A stretch of DNA of 64,000 nt, taken from the NCBI RefSeq assembly GCF_009914755.1, contig NC_060939.1; one strand, given 5' to 3'. Position numbers and translations under genes: made by a program. Source of the DNA: the human T2T-CHM13v2.0 reference genome, Homo sapiens. Positions 14,689 through 26,900 of the stretch are shown here, piece after piece. The notes beneath the pieces are model-generated. The model searched no databases, was not told where the DNA came from, and saw only the letters and a program-made list of their open reading frames with translations. The stretch's first letter is position 1. Every line of letters begins with the position of its first letter.

Positions 14689-15317
14689 AGCTGTTGTGCC
14701 TTCCATGCTGCCTCCTGCCGTAGCAGGTTCCATGGCATGGTAGAGTGTGGACCCTCATGGCTGTGTCTCCCAGCAGGTAGGACCGCCCAGGGTCCCAGCA
14801 GAAGGGTGTGCGGGGGCTGTGGCCAGCAGAATAGCCACGGCCAGCTCGGCCTTTTCATGCCATCCCCTGCTTTTAGGATACAGAGAAACTCAGGCCCTGG
14901 CAGCGTCATGATGAGGATGCCAGGACACCATCCCAGAGCTCTTGGTCCACACAAAAGAGGTGGGACCTGAGGTGACCATGGCCTGCTGGCCACCAAAGCC
15001 ACACCATAGTCCAGGGCTGGGTGGGAGCCAGAGTGGATGGCCGGGTGCCTGCCTATTTGGCCTCTGGTCTCTGTCCCTTGGCACTGTTGGGAGTTATGAC
15101 TCTTTCCCCAACAAGAGCCTTCTCCTTTGGGAGGGCAATCAGGGAAGGAAGTCAAAACTTAACTGCCTGTATTTTTTTAGAGATGCATCATGAAGGATGT
15201 AGGGGGAAATGATGTGAGGTCCTTCAGCCAAAACAAACAAGCCAAACACCAAATAAAAGGGGCTAGATGAAGCAAGTGTGGCAAAAATCTTGATAACTGT
15301 TGAATCTGGGTGAGAGG

Positions 15318-15748
15318 TAGTTTAGGTTGGGTTCTTAGAAGCACAGCCTGAGATGGGATTCAGATGCACAAAGTTTATTGGGGGGCGTGTTCTCAGAAGA
15401 AAGGAATGAGGGGAGCATGATGGGGCAGCAAGAATGTGGTCTCCACTGGAGTCCAGCTCAGCCTGATCCCTGGGGACGTGGAGAGGGAACTGCTCCTCTG
15501 AATGGTCACACTTTGAGGTGTGGGGCCCAGCCCTTTGTTCCATGTCAGTTGGTCATTGGCTGTAGGCAGACAAGCAGGCACGTGTGCATGCACACACACA
15601 TACACACACCCCACATTGGAGGGAGGCATCATTGCCTGACCCAGGACAATTCTCCCGATAAAGGGACATCTGTGAGCCATTGCCCCAAAACTCCCAGTAG
15701 CTAGAGGCGAAGAGGACCTGGACAGGGTGTGTCACGGTATCCGCGACA
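15318..15748 (-). mobile_element. ERVL LTR16-like solo LTR inserted into an L1ME-like 3' end (flanks about 15260-15317 and 15749-15825)
   Basis: ttaggttgggttcttagaagcacagcctgagatgggattcagatgcacaaagtttattggg; the L1ME motif ttgataactgttgaatctgggtg resumes as gggtgtatgggggtttattgttactattctttc. Confidence 0.6.
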
Positions 15749-15981
15749 TGGGTGTATGGGGGTTTATTGTTACTATTCTTTCACTTTTGGTGATGCTTGA
15801 AATTTTTCCTAAAAAATAAAAAACCTCTACTAGAACAAAGTTCTGAGGAGGATGGAAGCAAAGCCACCCACGGAGTGCTGGCCGTATGCCAAGCATCTTG
15901 CTGCCTTCTTCCATCTCGGTGATTTCACCGATACCAATGGGGAAATTAAACTCAGGAAAGTTAAAGGACCAGCTCTAGGTG

Positions 15982-16189
15982 TAGGGTTGCCAGATTTAGC
16001 AAAAACAAACAAAAAACAGGATGCCCATTTATATTTGAATTTCAGAATACAATGAAAAAAGTTTCACATGAGTTGTAGCGTGATGTGTCCCATCCAATAC
16101 TGGGGACATACGCATACTAAAAAGTGATTTGCTGTTTATCAGAAACTCAGATTTTAACTGGGCGTCCTATATTTTGTCTGATAACACTA
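15982..16189. mobile_element. MER53 hAT MITE (palindromic)
   Basis: TIRs tagggttgccaga ... tctgataacacta; internal symmetry tttgaatttcaga / tcagaaactcaga and tgtccc / gggaca; 8-bp degenerate TSD tctaggtg / cctaggtt. Confidence 0.85.
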
Positions 16190-16349
16190 CCTAGGTTACA
16201 CATCTTGTAAATGGTGGAGCTAAGATTCGTAGTGAGGTGGGGCTGACCCCGAAGCTTATGTTTTTCACCCCTGATGGGTACAGCACTAACAAAAGGTTTT
16301 TGGAGGCATTCTCTCACCAGGGCCTCATGAGGGTGCTGCCTGACAGCAG

Positions 16350-16825
16350 AGCCTATTAGGATCATTCGGACAGCTTTGAAAAAATATTGATGCCTGGGCT
16401 CCACCCCAGACCAGTTACATCAGAGTCCCTGTTAGACACTCTCCCCTTCCCCCTCAGTTCCTTCTCTTTTTTTTTTTTGAGATGGAATCTCGCTCTGGCA
16501 CCAGAGCGGAGTGTAGTGGTGTGATCTTGGCTCACTGCAACCTCTGCCCCACCCTGGGTTCAAGTGATTCTCCTGCCTCAGCCTCCTGAGTAGTTGGGAT
16601 TACAGGCATCCGCCACCACGCCCAGCTAATTTTTGTATTTTTAGTAGAGACGGGGTTTCACCATGTTGGCCAGGATGGTCTCAATCTCTCGACCTCATGA
16701 TCCACCCACCTCGGCCTCCCAAAGTGCTGGGATTACAGGCATGAGCCGCTGCACCTGGCTCCCTCAGTTCCTTTTTAAAGCTCTGCAGGTGAATCTAACA
16801 TGCACCCAGGGCCAAGGATCATCGG
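16350..16825. mobile_element. MER5-like MITE split by an Alu
   Basis: aaaatattgatgcctgggctccaccccagaccagttacatcaga ... ttttaaagctctgcaggtgaatctaacatgcacccaggg. Confidence 0.6.
16464..16760 (-). mobile_element. AluSc
   Basis: ccaggatggtctcaatctctcgacctcatgatc; TSD ccctcagttcctt (16451-16463 / 16761-16773). Confidence 0.93.
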
Positions 16826-18653
16826 CCTGGGCCTCCAGCTCTCATTGTTCATGAATTTGGGAAGGAATAAACCAAGGGGGAAGGCAGAGAGCACAGGTCT
16901 CCGGAGGAGCTGGCATCACTTCTCTTTTCAGCATCCTCCCCGGGTCCCTGCCTCCAGCAGGCCCAGGGTCAGCCTGGCACACAGGCTCTGCCCCAAACTG
17001 CCTGCATGCTAGGCTTCTTCACAGCCTTTGCCAGTCCCTCTACTTGGAATGCCCTGCCAGGCTGGTTTTACCCATCTGGCTGGCTCCTCCTGTTCCTTCT
17101 GAAGGTCCCACACATATCACCTCTCTCTGGAGCCTGACCCCACAGCAGAGCTGGCCACCCCATCCTTCATTGACTCATGGCACAGGCTTCAGGAGTAGCA
17201 CTCTGCTAGCAGAAGTGAGCGCGGGTCGGCTCACCCACTTTGCTGCTAGCTCAGTACTTCTCCACCTCCGACGGTAGTGCCTGGCATGGTGTAGGCACTT
17301 GGCACATGGGTGTTGAATTGGAGGAAGGAGGAAGGGTTTTGTTGGGTGAGTGGGGTCCCGTCTTTCCTCCTCACCCCATTGGCCCTGGAGAGATCCCCCT
17401 TTCCCACCACTTCCTCCTTGGCATATAAGTTCTGTTTGCCTGGAGCCTAGGCCCTTTGCAGCCCAAAGGTAAACAGGTTTATAACGACTTTAGAGAAAAA
17501 GGAAAAAAAAAAAAGCAAGTGAGCCAGGAAGTCATGCAATTCCAGCTTCAGGCCTGGGGAGGTGGAAAAAGGCCCGTGTGGCAAACCCAGAGCCTGGGAC
17601 CCAAGCCCCAGTGACGCGGAGCTGAGCCTCCACTTCCCAGAACTTCACTCTGGATAAACATGGAAGTGAGGAGTGCCGCCTCCTCCCTTCTGAAATAGGG
17701 TTGGGAGGAGGAGAAGGGTGAGGACCCTGGTTAGGAGAGGGAACCCTGGGGTACCTGCTCTATGGTAATAATAAAAAGGCTGATACAATTGACTCTCTGG
17801 ACTATTTTTGAGTGTTCAGTTCAGTGGCGTCAAGGACATTTACATTGCTATGCTACCATCACCACCATCTATCCACAGAACTCTTTGAATCTTGCAAAGG
17901 GAGAATGGCTTTGTAAAGCCTCATATTTTATCCTGTGGAAAATGTACACTGAGAGGCTATTTTTATACCAATAGCTGGGGACACAGATGAAGAAAACAGC
18001 CCCCTGCCCGTGGGAAGCTCCTACGCTTGTGGGCCAGGCAATCCCAGGACAGACAGGCCCATGGAGCCAGGGAAGGCTGCTCGAGGGAGGATGGTGAAGC
18101 ACAGCTGGAGGTGTGCAGCGGGTGCATACTCCAGGCTTAGCTCCGAACAGGACACTGGGGCTGTGCACACGTGCCACTCTCATACACGAATCTGTTCGTG
18201 TCACTGTGGACATGGCAGGGGGTTGTGAGAGGAGTGTCAACGATCCTCCAGGAAGTTTGGAAAATAGAAAAATATTGCCTGTTCCACAACCGCCATGCCC
18301 AGTTTCCTTTCTGTCCTTCAATTTCTTGTCTCATGCACATATTTCCACTTGATCACAGCCCAGTGGCAGAGAAGATAACATTTTCCTCTCTGCCCTCCTC
18401 ACCTTACGTCACATTAAACACTTTTCCATGTTGCACCCAGGCTTCCAAATGTCTACGAATAACCCTGCTTTGTCCAGGGAGCGTGTCTGCCATGAATTCC
18501 CCTCCAAGCGACAGGGTGGGTGTGGGAGTGGCTGTGTCGGGGGCCAGAGAGCGGGTTCTGATGGGTGGGCTGAAATGGAGGAGGGATGCTTTGGCAGTTT
18601 GAGGGCATCTATCTGGAGCAAGGTCATGGATGGTGGAGGCCGAGACTGTGTAG

Positions 18654-19181
<528 letters not shown>

Positions 19182-19379
19182 TTACCCAGGCCTTCTAACT
19201 GCCAACACAGAGCCCCTTCTGTCCCACATGGAGCACGGGTGGGCAGGCAGGCCGTCAAGAGCCACTCAGGGACTGCAGGTGTGCATTGTTAAGAGCCCTT
19301 GGTGAGGGGTGCAGAAGGTGTTGGCGGAGGGGAGGGGGCACGGGGCTGGCAGTGGCATCTTTGTGGTTTGCTTTAAATA

Positions 19380-19487
19380 TACCTATTTGCTCTTGTTTTG
19401 CAAAGAAGCATGTGGCATATTAGGGAAAACTTGTACCTATTTGCTCTTGTTTTGCAAAGAAGCATGTGGCATATTAGGGAAAACTTG
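19380..19487. repeat. Perfect 2 x 54-bp tandem duplication
   Basis: tacctatttgctcttgttttgcaaagaagcatgtggcatattagggaaaacttg at 19380-19433 and again at 19434-19487, with no mismatches. Confidence 0.98.
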
Positions 19488-19599
19488 GAAAGCTGAGAAA
19501 AGTGCAAAGAGATGCGGGGAGGGAAATCCCATAATCTGACTGTCCAGAGATAACCACTGTTAACATTTTGCTGTATTCTGTTTAAATTAAAAGAAAAAT

Positions 19600-19732
19600 T
19601 TTAATTAGTTTTTTTAAGAGATGGGCCTCGCTTTGTTGCCCAGGGTAGCCTCGAACTATGAGGCTCCAGCGCTCCTCCCACCTCAGCCTTCCGAGTAGCT
19701 GGGACCACAGGAACGCACCACTGCACCTGGCT
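19600..19732 (-). mobile_element. FLAM (free left Alu monomer), within an old L1M-like fragment (about 19490-19860)
   Basis: Single monomer gagatgggcctcgctttgttgcccagg...caccactgcacctggct. Confidence 0.8.
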
Positions 19733-20284
19733 GTTATGTTAAAAAATACAGTTTTGCGTCCTGCCTTTTCTCCTCAGCATTACGTAAATATTTTCCTGTG
19801 TCATTAACATTCTTCATAAACATTGTTTTTGATGGCTGCGTTCTATTCTGGTCTATGGATCTACTAGGGCTGAGTTCTTAGCTTGTGAGTTGGACACCTG
19901 GTCTCCCAGGTGGGAGAAAGAGCCCCAGCTGGGAGGTGGGGTCTGCCCACATGGCAGGCCGTGGCACTCACCCTGGCAGTCCTCCCCTGTGCATTCCTGG
20001 CTATGCTACATCCTGCCCAGTCCTGTGGACATCCAGCATTATCCATTCCCCTCTTTGAGCTTCTGCAGCCCTGGGCATGAATTGAAGGCTCTTTCAGGAA
20101 GCCTTCTCTAGTCACCCAGCTTGGTGTGGCCAGTGGGTATTTGCCATCCTCTCTGAACTCCCGAGAAGGAGACACATCTGATCCTTAGTACATGCTGGCG
20201 AGATGGCATGGTGGGATCGATCCTGCCATGTTTGGCCTCTTTTTCTTGATTTCTTTGCAGAGCCTGGCTTTAGAGTAACACTTT

Positions 20285-20460
20285 GCCATTCACTAGCTGT
20301 GTGACCTTGGGCAAATTCTTCAACCTCTCTGAGTCTTGGTGTTTCTTCTGTAAAATAAGGGTTGTAAAATAGTGGACCGTTTGCCTGGTTCTTGTGAAAA
20401 CCAAGAGATTATATGCCAGGTGCTGAGTACTGTGCTAGGGACATGTTGGGTGCTTGATAA
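20285..20460 (+). mobile_element. MIR SINE
   Basis: cactagctgtgtgaccttgggcaaattcttcaacctctctgag...tctgtaaaataaggg. Confidence 0.8.
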
Positions 20461-23369
20461 GGGATGGGGGTTATTCTGAGTGTCAGCGGTGGGACTGTTT
20501 TATCCTGCCATCTCCCCTTTCACCCACAGGAATGAGCAGCCCAGTGGGTAAAGGTTGGCCAGAACTATAGTTGACTCAACTACAGTTGAGTGAATGATCT
20601 TTGCTTGCTTTTCTTCCTCCCACACTTTGGTTGGGGAAACTGAGGCCACCCTGAAGTTCCCACCTACACCTCATGACTTTCTGAGATCCCTGGAGGGTGG
20701 CTTAGGAAATGTCTTTGGAGATTTGGGAACACACTGGATACATCAGTTGGTGAGCCAGGGAAATTAGCAGGAACGAGCTCATTTCGATAGCAATGAGCTG
20801 AGTCTCCCTCCAGCTGCCAGACATTTACGAGGCTGGCTGGGTGCCGGCGGCCGGAGGCCTCCAATGGCCCTCATCCCTCTGCCTTCCGGCTGGAAATAAT
20901 TCGTGTTTAAAAAATAACAATAATAAAAAAAAAATCTCCATCTTCTCTGGCCTTCTGGTTTCTTTGGGCCCAGGTGGGGAGATGGTGGATGCCTTTGCCC
21001 TGTAAGCAGCTCTCTGTTCAGGGCAACCAGACAAGAAAGGCCATCCCTGGCCCTCCCCAACCCTCCCTCATCTGCCAGAAGATTGGGCTACTATACCCCA
21101 TTTGAGGTGGTTTGCCTCAAACCCCACCCTCAAATCCATCACGTTTGAGGTGGATTGCCGAGGGGCTTCGCCTCTGTAGCAGACCCTGCTCTTAGGTGGG
21201 GAAGGTTTGTGTTTCATTAGGCTCCTACAGGAACTTTGGGTCCTTTTCCTGCTCCTGGCCTCAGTTTCTCCATCTGTAAAATGAGGAGGAGGTGGGTGGG
21301 AGGACATATAACTTGTAGACCCAATGTTATATGGAAACTAGGGTCCTGGGATTGAGAGTTTTTAACCCTGACTGGGAACCATCATCCCTGCAGCATGTGT
21401 TAAATGCAGGTTCCTGGGCTCAGGCTCACTAATCAGAGAATCTCTAGGGTAGGGCCTCTGAGTGTACATTTTTGGGGCAATTTAGAAAAGGGAGATTAAA
21501 TGCACAGAACTCCATTTTGAAGTACACAGTTCAGTGGTTTTTAGTATATTTGCAACATTCTGCAGCTGTCACCACTCCCTCACTCAAATGCCCCGAGAGA
21601 TTCCAATTGCTGCCGGTCCCTCCGGGCAGCCCTACAGGTGCATGTCCTGAGGCATTGACTTGGACCCTTATGTACAGAGGCTACTGAGGCTGCAAGGCCG
21701 CTCTCCTGGTTGGGGTTCCCTGCTGACAGCATCAGGTTTTCAGGCCCTTTATGAGTGAAGATGAGAACTTTCTGAGAGGAGGAAGCCAGACTGGGGGAGA
21801 GATTGCCCTGTTTCCCTGCAACTTTCCAGGGCAGCGGAGGTCTTGCTGCCTTTCCCTGTCCCCAGTGCCCCACACACTGTGAGCAGGCGGGTAGTCACTT
21901 ACTCAGAGCTAGTGACCTTTTAAGCCTCAGCATATGGAATTCTTGTGGCAATTTGAGCATCTTACAGCCACGACACAGGTACAGTGGTGGCTCCGCACCC
22001 TGGAGAAGCCCCTCTCCCCTTTCTCAGCCTACTTCTCATGGGAGTCAGCATCCCCTCACCGCCCTGAGCGCGTGCCCTCTGGTCCTTATAATCCCACCAA
22101 TGTCTGGTTTCCCTCAGAGCAACTTGGGGTACCTGGAAGCTTCACCCCTAACAGACAGGCCTCTGTGAGGGTCACAGTCTTAGGGCGCGGGAACAAGTTA
22201 CTTTCATTCCACCTTGTCAATGAAAGGGATGGGCTTCTTCCCAGTGCGCCTGCCCTGGCTGAGGGTGTGTCTGGTGGTCTTGGCCAGGACACTCACCCTT
22301 GGGTCTCCCTGGCAGTGAGACCCTGTACAAGATCCTCTGCAGCCTCAATGTTTGTGGTCTTGAGGCCCCATGAGGTCTAGCCAGCCCCTCTGGACCGTAA
22401 TTGGTCGCTCTGAAAATGGGATTCAGCCACAATTGACCCCATTTTTGGGAAGGAGTAGCTGATTGGCTACGTACTCCCTCATAATGAAGCTCATGGCTCT
22501 CAGGGTCACCACCAGCATTTCTGACCCTGTCCACAATCAGCACCCATTCCCAGGCCCCGAGCTGTCCTTAAGGAAGCCAGGGAGGTTGGTGGACGTTGCC
22601 TTTGCTTAGACTGCCCGCTGCGCTCCCTGGCCTGAGGCCTGGCTTTGTTTCTGGGCTTGGGTGCTCTTACTGGGTTCTTCCCTTAATCTTCAGCCCCAAA
22701 ATCTTCTCCCTAGAGTCCCCCACCTGGAGTCCAGCATTCCAGAACAGCTGCCCTTCCACAGTTAGCATGTGGTGGTGGTCCGTGCCCTGACCGTGTGACC
22801 GTTCCCTCTGTGGGCCTCAGTTTCCCCCTCTGTCAAATAACAGGTCCTTTATAGCCCCGCCCTGCCATGTGTCACCCTGCCCTTGATGTGGCAGCTGCCC
22901 AGGGAAGGTGTAGTGAATGGATGGATGCTCCCACCAGCCAGAGACCCCTCCGGTACCTTTTTCCTCGTGGGATCCTGAGAGCTCCCTGCAGTTTGCAGTG
23001 AGAGTGGCAGCTGAGTTTTCTTTCTAAGAAGAAGGGTGGCTCTGGGCTGGGTAGTTATCTCCCAGGGCACCCCCCAATAAGCCAGTCTCACAAGGCTGAC
23101 TCGGACTGCATTCTCTTGGAGTAGCTGAGCTTGAATGGTGAGGAGGGCCCTCTGGGCTGGCATGGAGTCGGTTTCTGCATCTGTAAAATGGGTACATACC
23201 TGAAAAAGCTTTTGTGAGTGTAAAATGAGATCACGTATGCCCATACCTCGTCACTGATGCCCTCATTATATAGAAAAGAGGCTCTCAGAGATATTAAATG
23301 GCTTGTTCATCCAGCCAGTTAGTGAAGGAGCTGGGCCCAAGCCCTACCTCAATAGCATTTCCTCTTTCC

Positions 23370-23900
23370 TTTTTTTTTTTAAAAAGCAGTACGTGATTCA
23401 TGTGGATCATTTAGAAAACAAGAAAAGCACAAAGGAAAAACAAATTACCCTTAATGCTACCACCCTAAAAGAAAATAATTATATTATTCTTCTTAAAATT
23501 ATTTGGATGTTATTTTTCCTGTCATCCTTTTTCTTTGCAAAATATGGGAAGTAGAAATGGTCTCTATGCAGCCAAATGAAAAAGTTCATATAGCTGTTTT
23601 GTAGCTCTTTTCTCTTAGCAATACTGAAAACATTGTCTTCAATTCAACACATAGTCTGTGATTTTTGATGGCTGCTTAGTATTCCATGCCATATTTACTT
23701 AACCAATCCCCCAGGGCTGGATATTTAGGTTGTTGCAGTGACTTTTTTTTTTTAAAAGAAACTATCATAAAACATTGCCGCTTGGTGAGCATCTTATGTC
23801 TTTGTGCACATCATTGGTGACTTCCTTAGGATATGTTCCTAGAAGTGGGATTGCCAGGTCAAAGGCCACACACATTTAAGGTCAGAGTGCCCTCCGGAAA
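23370..23900 (-). mobile_element. Old L1ME-like fragment (approximate bounds)
   Basis: tttttgatggctgcttagtattccatg, atttacttaaccaatcccc, atttaggttg, cctagaagtgggattgccaggtcaaagg. Confidence 0.6.
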
Positions 23901-26900
23901 GGCTGTATCCGTTTTCTCTCTCAGCTGCCCTGGAGGAGAGGGCCGGGATCCTGTAACTCACAACCCTTTGCTATTTCCAAACCACGAGCCCAGAAAGAGT
24001 CGAAAAAACAAAAACCGCGGCTCTGGGAGCGACTTCCTGCCAGAGGAAGGGAGGCATTTGGTAAATAGTCCACTCCCAGTTTTTGAGTGAATGCTGTGTG
24101 GCCTGCCTCGGGCCAGGCCATCTGGGAATGCACTAAAGAGTAGAGACCAGGTCTGTGTCCTCAGGCGGCTTCCATGTGCCTCAAGGGGGAAGATAACACG
24201 TGTCAGGACACCTGGCAAACACCTGGAAGGCCACCGGATCCCAAGTCCAGGCTGAGGGTGGGGCCATGGCCACCACTTCCACTCCATCCACCTCCGTCTC
24301 TGGCACCTGCTCAGGGCCACGTGGACTAGACGTGCAGTGAATATTTGTTGAACAACAAAAAGCAGTGTGTTACCCACAGAAGCTGATTGTGAACTCCTTA
24401 AAGTAAGGTTTGAGTCTTGTTCATGGCTGGCTACACCCCCTAAGCCTAGAGCCGTGTTGTCATAAATACTTGGCCAAATGAACAAAGGCTCTGTGGGACC
24501 AATGAATCCAAGAACGTTGGTAGAGTGGTCTAGATCCCAGCAGGAAAGTGGGATAAGCCAGTGTGCTGCCCACAGCCCTCATCGCCAGTCCCTCTAGTGG
24601 GTGCTAGGAAGAACTGGGTGGGGAGTCTGGGCTGATTTCCTGTCCCCAGCTCCTATGGGACCTGGGCAATTGCCTGACTGAGCCTCAGTTTTCTTAAGGG
24701 ACTAGACTTTGTTCTTGGGGGCTCCTTTCTGGTTCTTGCCAAGAATCTGGGTGCCTGTGGTCAAGATGGGGACTGGGAGAGGGTCAATTGCCAAGAATTT
24801 AGCCCTATGGGTCCAACAAGCCTGCCCCCCACCAGGTGACCTCTGGCCAGAGGGTGGCTGCTTTCCAGCCCAGGACCCTGCCCTCCCCAAAACCTCTTAG
24901 CAGGACCCTCCAAGGTGGCTGGTGGCACCCCCAGGGGGTATGGAAATAAGGTGATCCAACTCTTCCCTGGCTGCCCCTCTGTTTTGAATAAGGTTGTGGA
25001 TTGTTTATTTGAAAGAAGAGAGGCCCCAGCCACACATCCTGCTTTTAAAATCCGGAGTTCTAGCTGAGCCCTCTAGGCCCTGAGCCCCCTACCCGCACTC
25101 CTACCCCAGGTCCCTCTTTCACAGCACCCCCACCCCAGCTGGCATGTCTTCTGCCTGGCAGCTCCAGATGCCCCTCCCCCAAGAGAGGACTCTCCTCACC
25201 CCGACCTGGCTTCCTGGGCCCCACTTTTAAACAGCTCTCAGTGGTCTTCTCGCTCCTGTTCTCTTCTACTCCTTTCCCTAAACTCCCCTTCCCCACGGGT
25301 CAAGGGGAAAAGGGCTTCCTACTCCAGGAGGACACTTTTACATTGGCACAAACACCCATCTTAGATGTTCTTTGTATTTTGGTGATCAGACTACTGAATC
25401 TATTTTGTTGATGAGGACACCAAGTGTTAGAAAAGTGATGCTGCTTGTGCAGGGTACGTGGCACAGCAGTGGCCTGGCATAAGACCCAGAGTCAGGCTCC
25501 CCCCCAAGCTCTGCCTCCGGCTTGCTGTGTGACCTTGGACAAGTCCCTTTCCCTCTCCGGGCCTCAGCTTGCTCACCCACAGAGTGAATGGGTGGGTGGT
25601 AGATGCTCTTTGAGTTCTTTCCACCTCTGTTTCTCTTTCTAGATAAGAACCACATGGTGTGAAGTGAGGAGGACCTTTCAATTCCTCTGTTTTCCCCTGA
25701 AGTCCTGTGGTACCCCCTCCCTCCCTTGTCCCCACTTCCCACAGCCAGTTCAGAGCCAGAGACAAAGGCCTGTTGCAGGCAGGTGTGGCCATTAGGGATG
25801 TGTACTAGTGCCTCGCTGGTGGGCCCGGATAAGAGGCCGAGGCTCCCCAAGCATCAGCCAGAGGGTGCTGGGGTTGGGGGAGATGGAGCAGGCTGGCACT
25901 GGGCTCACCAGCCTCTGCCCACCCCTTCTGGAGCTTCCCCAAGCCCTCCGATACAGGTGAGGGAAGGTTTCGTGATAAATGCTAGACTTGCTGAAAGGGA
26001 CATGGCAGCTGTGCAACTTCGGTGACTCCTGTCCTATTAATCCTTTGTGAAGCGGGAGTTTTCTGGCCCCAGCAAAGCTGGAACCCTCAAAAGGCTGCAT
26101 GACCCATAGGCTCTCCTCCTCCCTCCTGTGGGGCATGTGGGACGTGTGGGCTGGGACGTGTGGTTTAAAGGTCTGGAAGTTAAAGGTCTCCCTCCCTGGC
26201 GAGCCAGCTCTTTGTTCCACATCCTCAAGGACCCTGACTTCAGCCTATTGTTCCCCCTGCTGACACAGAGGCTCCAAGTTCCTCTCTGGATTTGCTCTAG
26301 GGGGGTGGGGGGTCCTGGTGTTGGCCGTGGAGGCTGGGGATTTGTGCATACCTGCTTATTAAAAGTCACTCACTCATTCAGAGAAAAATGCTGTTTTGAG
26401 ACACCCTCTTGCATGTGGGAGGCTGAGACAGTGACTGCTGAGGTTTTTGTATCCTGAGTTTTGTCAAGCTGAGGCCTGGACACTTTTGGCTGTGGCTGAT
26501 TTTGTGTCCCTGGTGGGCACGATAATCAAACTGCTCAGGTGACCAGGTAGGGTGAGGTTTGATTTGACAGCAGCTGGCAGAGGTAGTGCAGAGGGCTCGC
26601 TTCTGGACTTGAAGTTACAGTGACCCACAAGTGAATCCAGCAAGTCTCCCAGCTTCATGTGATTCACAGACCCTTCAAATCAGAGTTGACCATGGGGGAA
26701 TAATTGAATCCCCCAGAGTTGGGGGCATGATCCAGGGCTCCAAAGGGTTAATCTTGTTTTGAAGTATTAATAAGGGAAGAGTATGTTTGAGTGACTTTCT
26801 GGGATATTGTGCTTTTGGACATTTAGTATGTCAGTTCTTGCTAGAATAGCACTAATACATAAATTTCTTCTGGCTTGATTTTCATTTTACAAAAATAATC

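Noticed and set aside
19309-19539. ORF with a repeated 18-aa peptide (TYLLLFCKEACGILGKT)
   Set aside because: A by-product of the in-frame 54-bp DNA duplication; non-ATG start and no splice or codon evidence.
24580-24605. CTCF-like motif (ccactagaggga on the - strand; a similar one near 54315)
   Set aside because: The 3' GGCGC/GGCAG part of the core is mismatched; not supportable without ChIP data.
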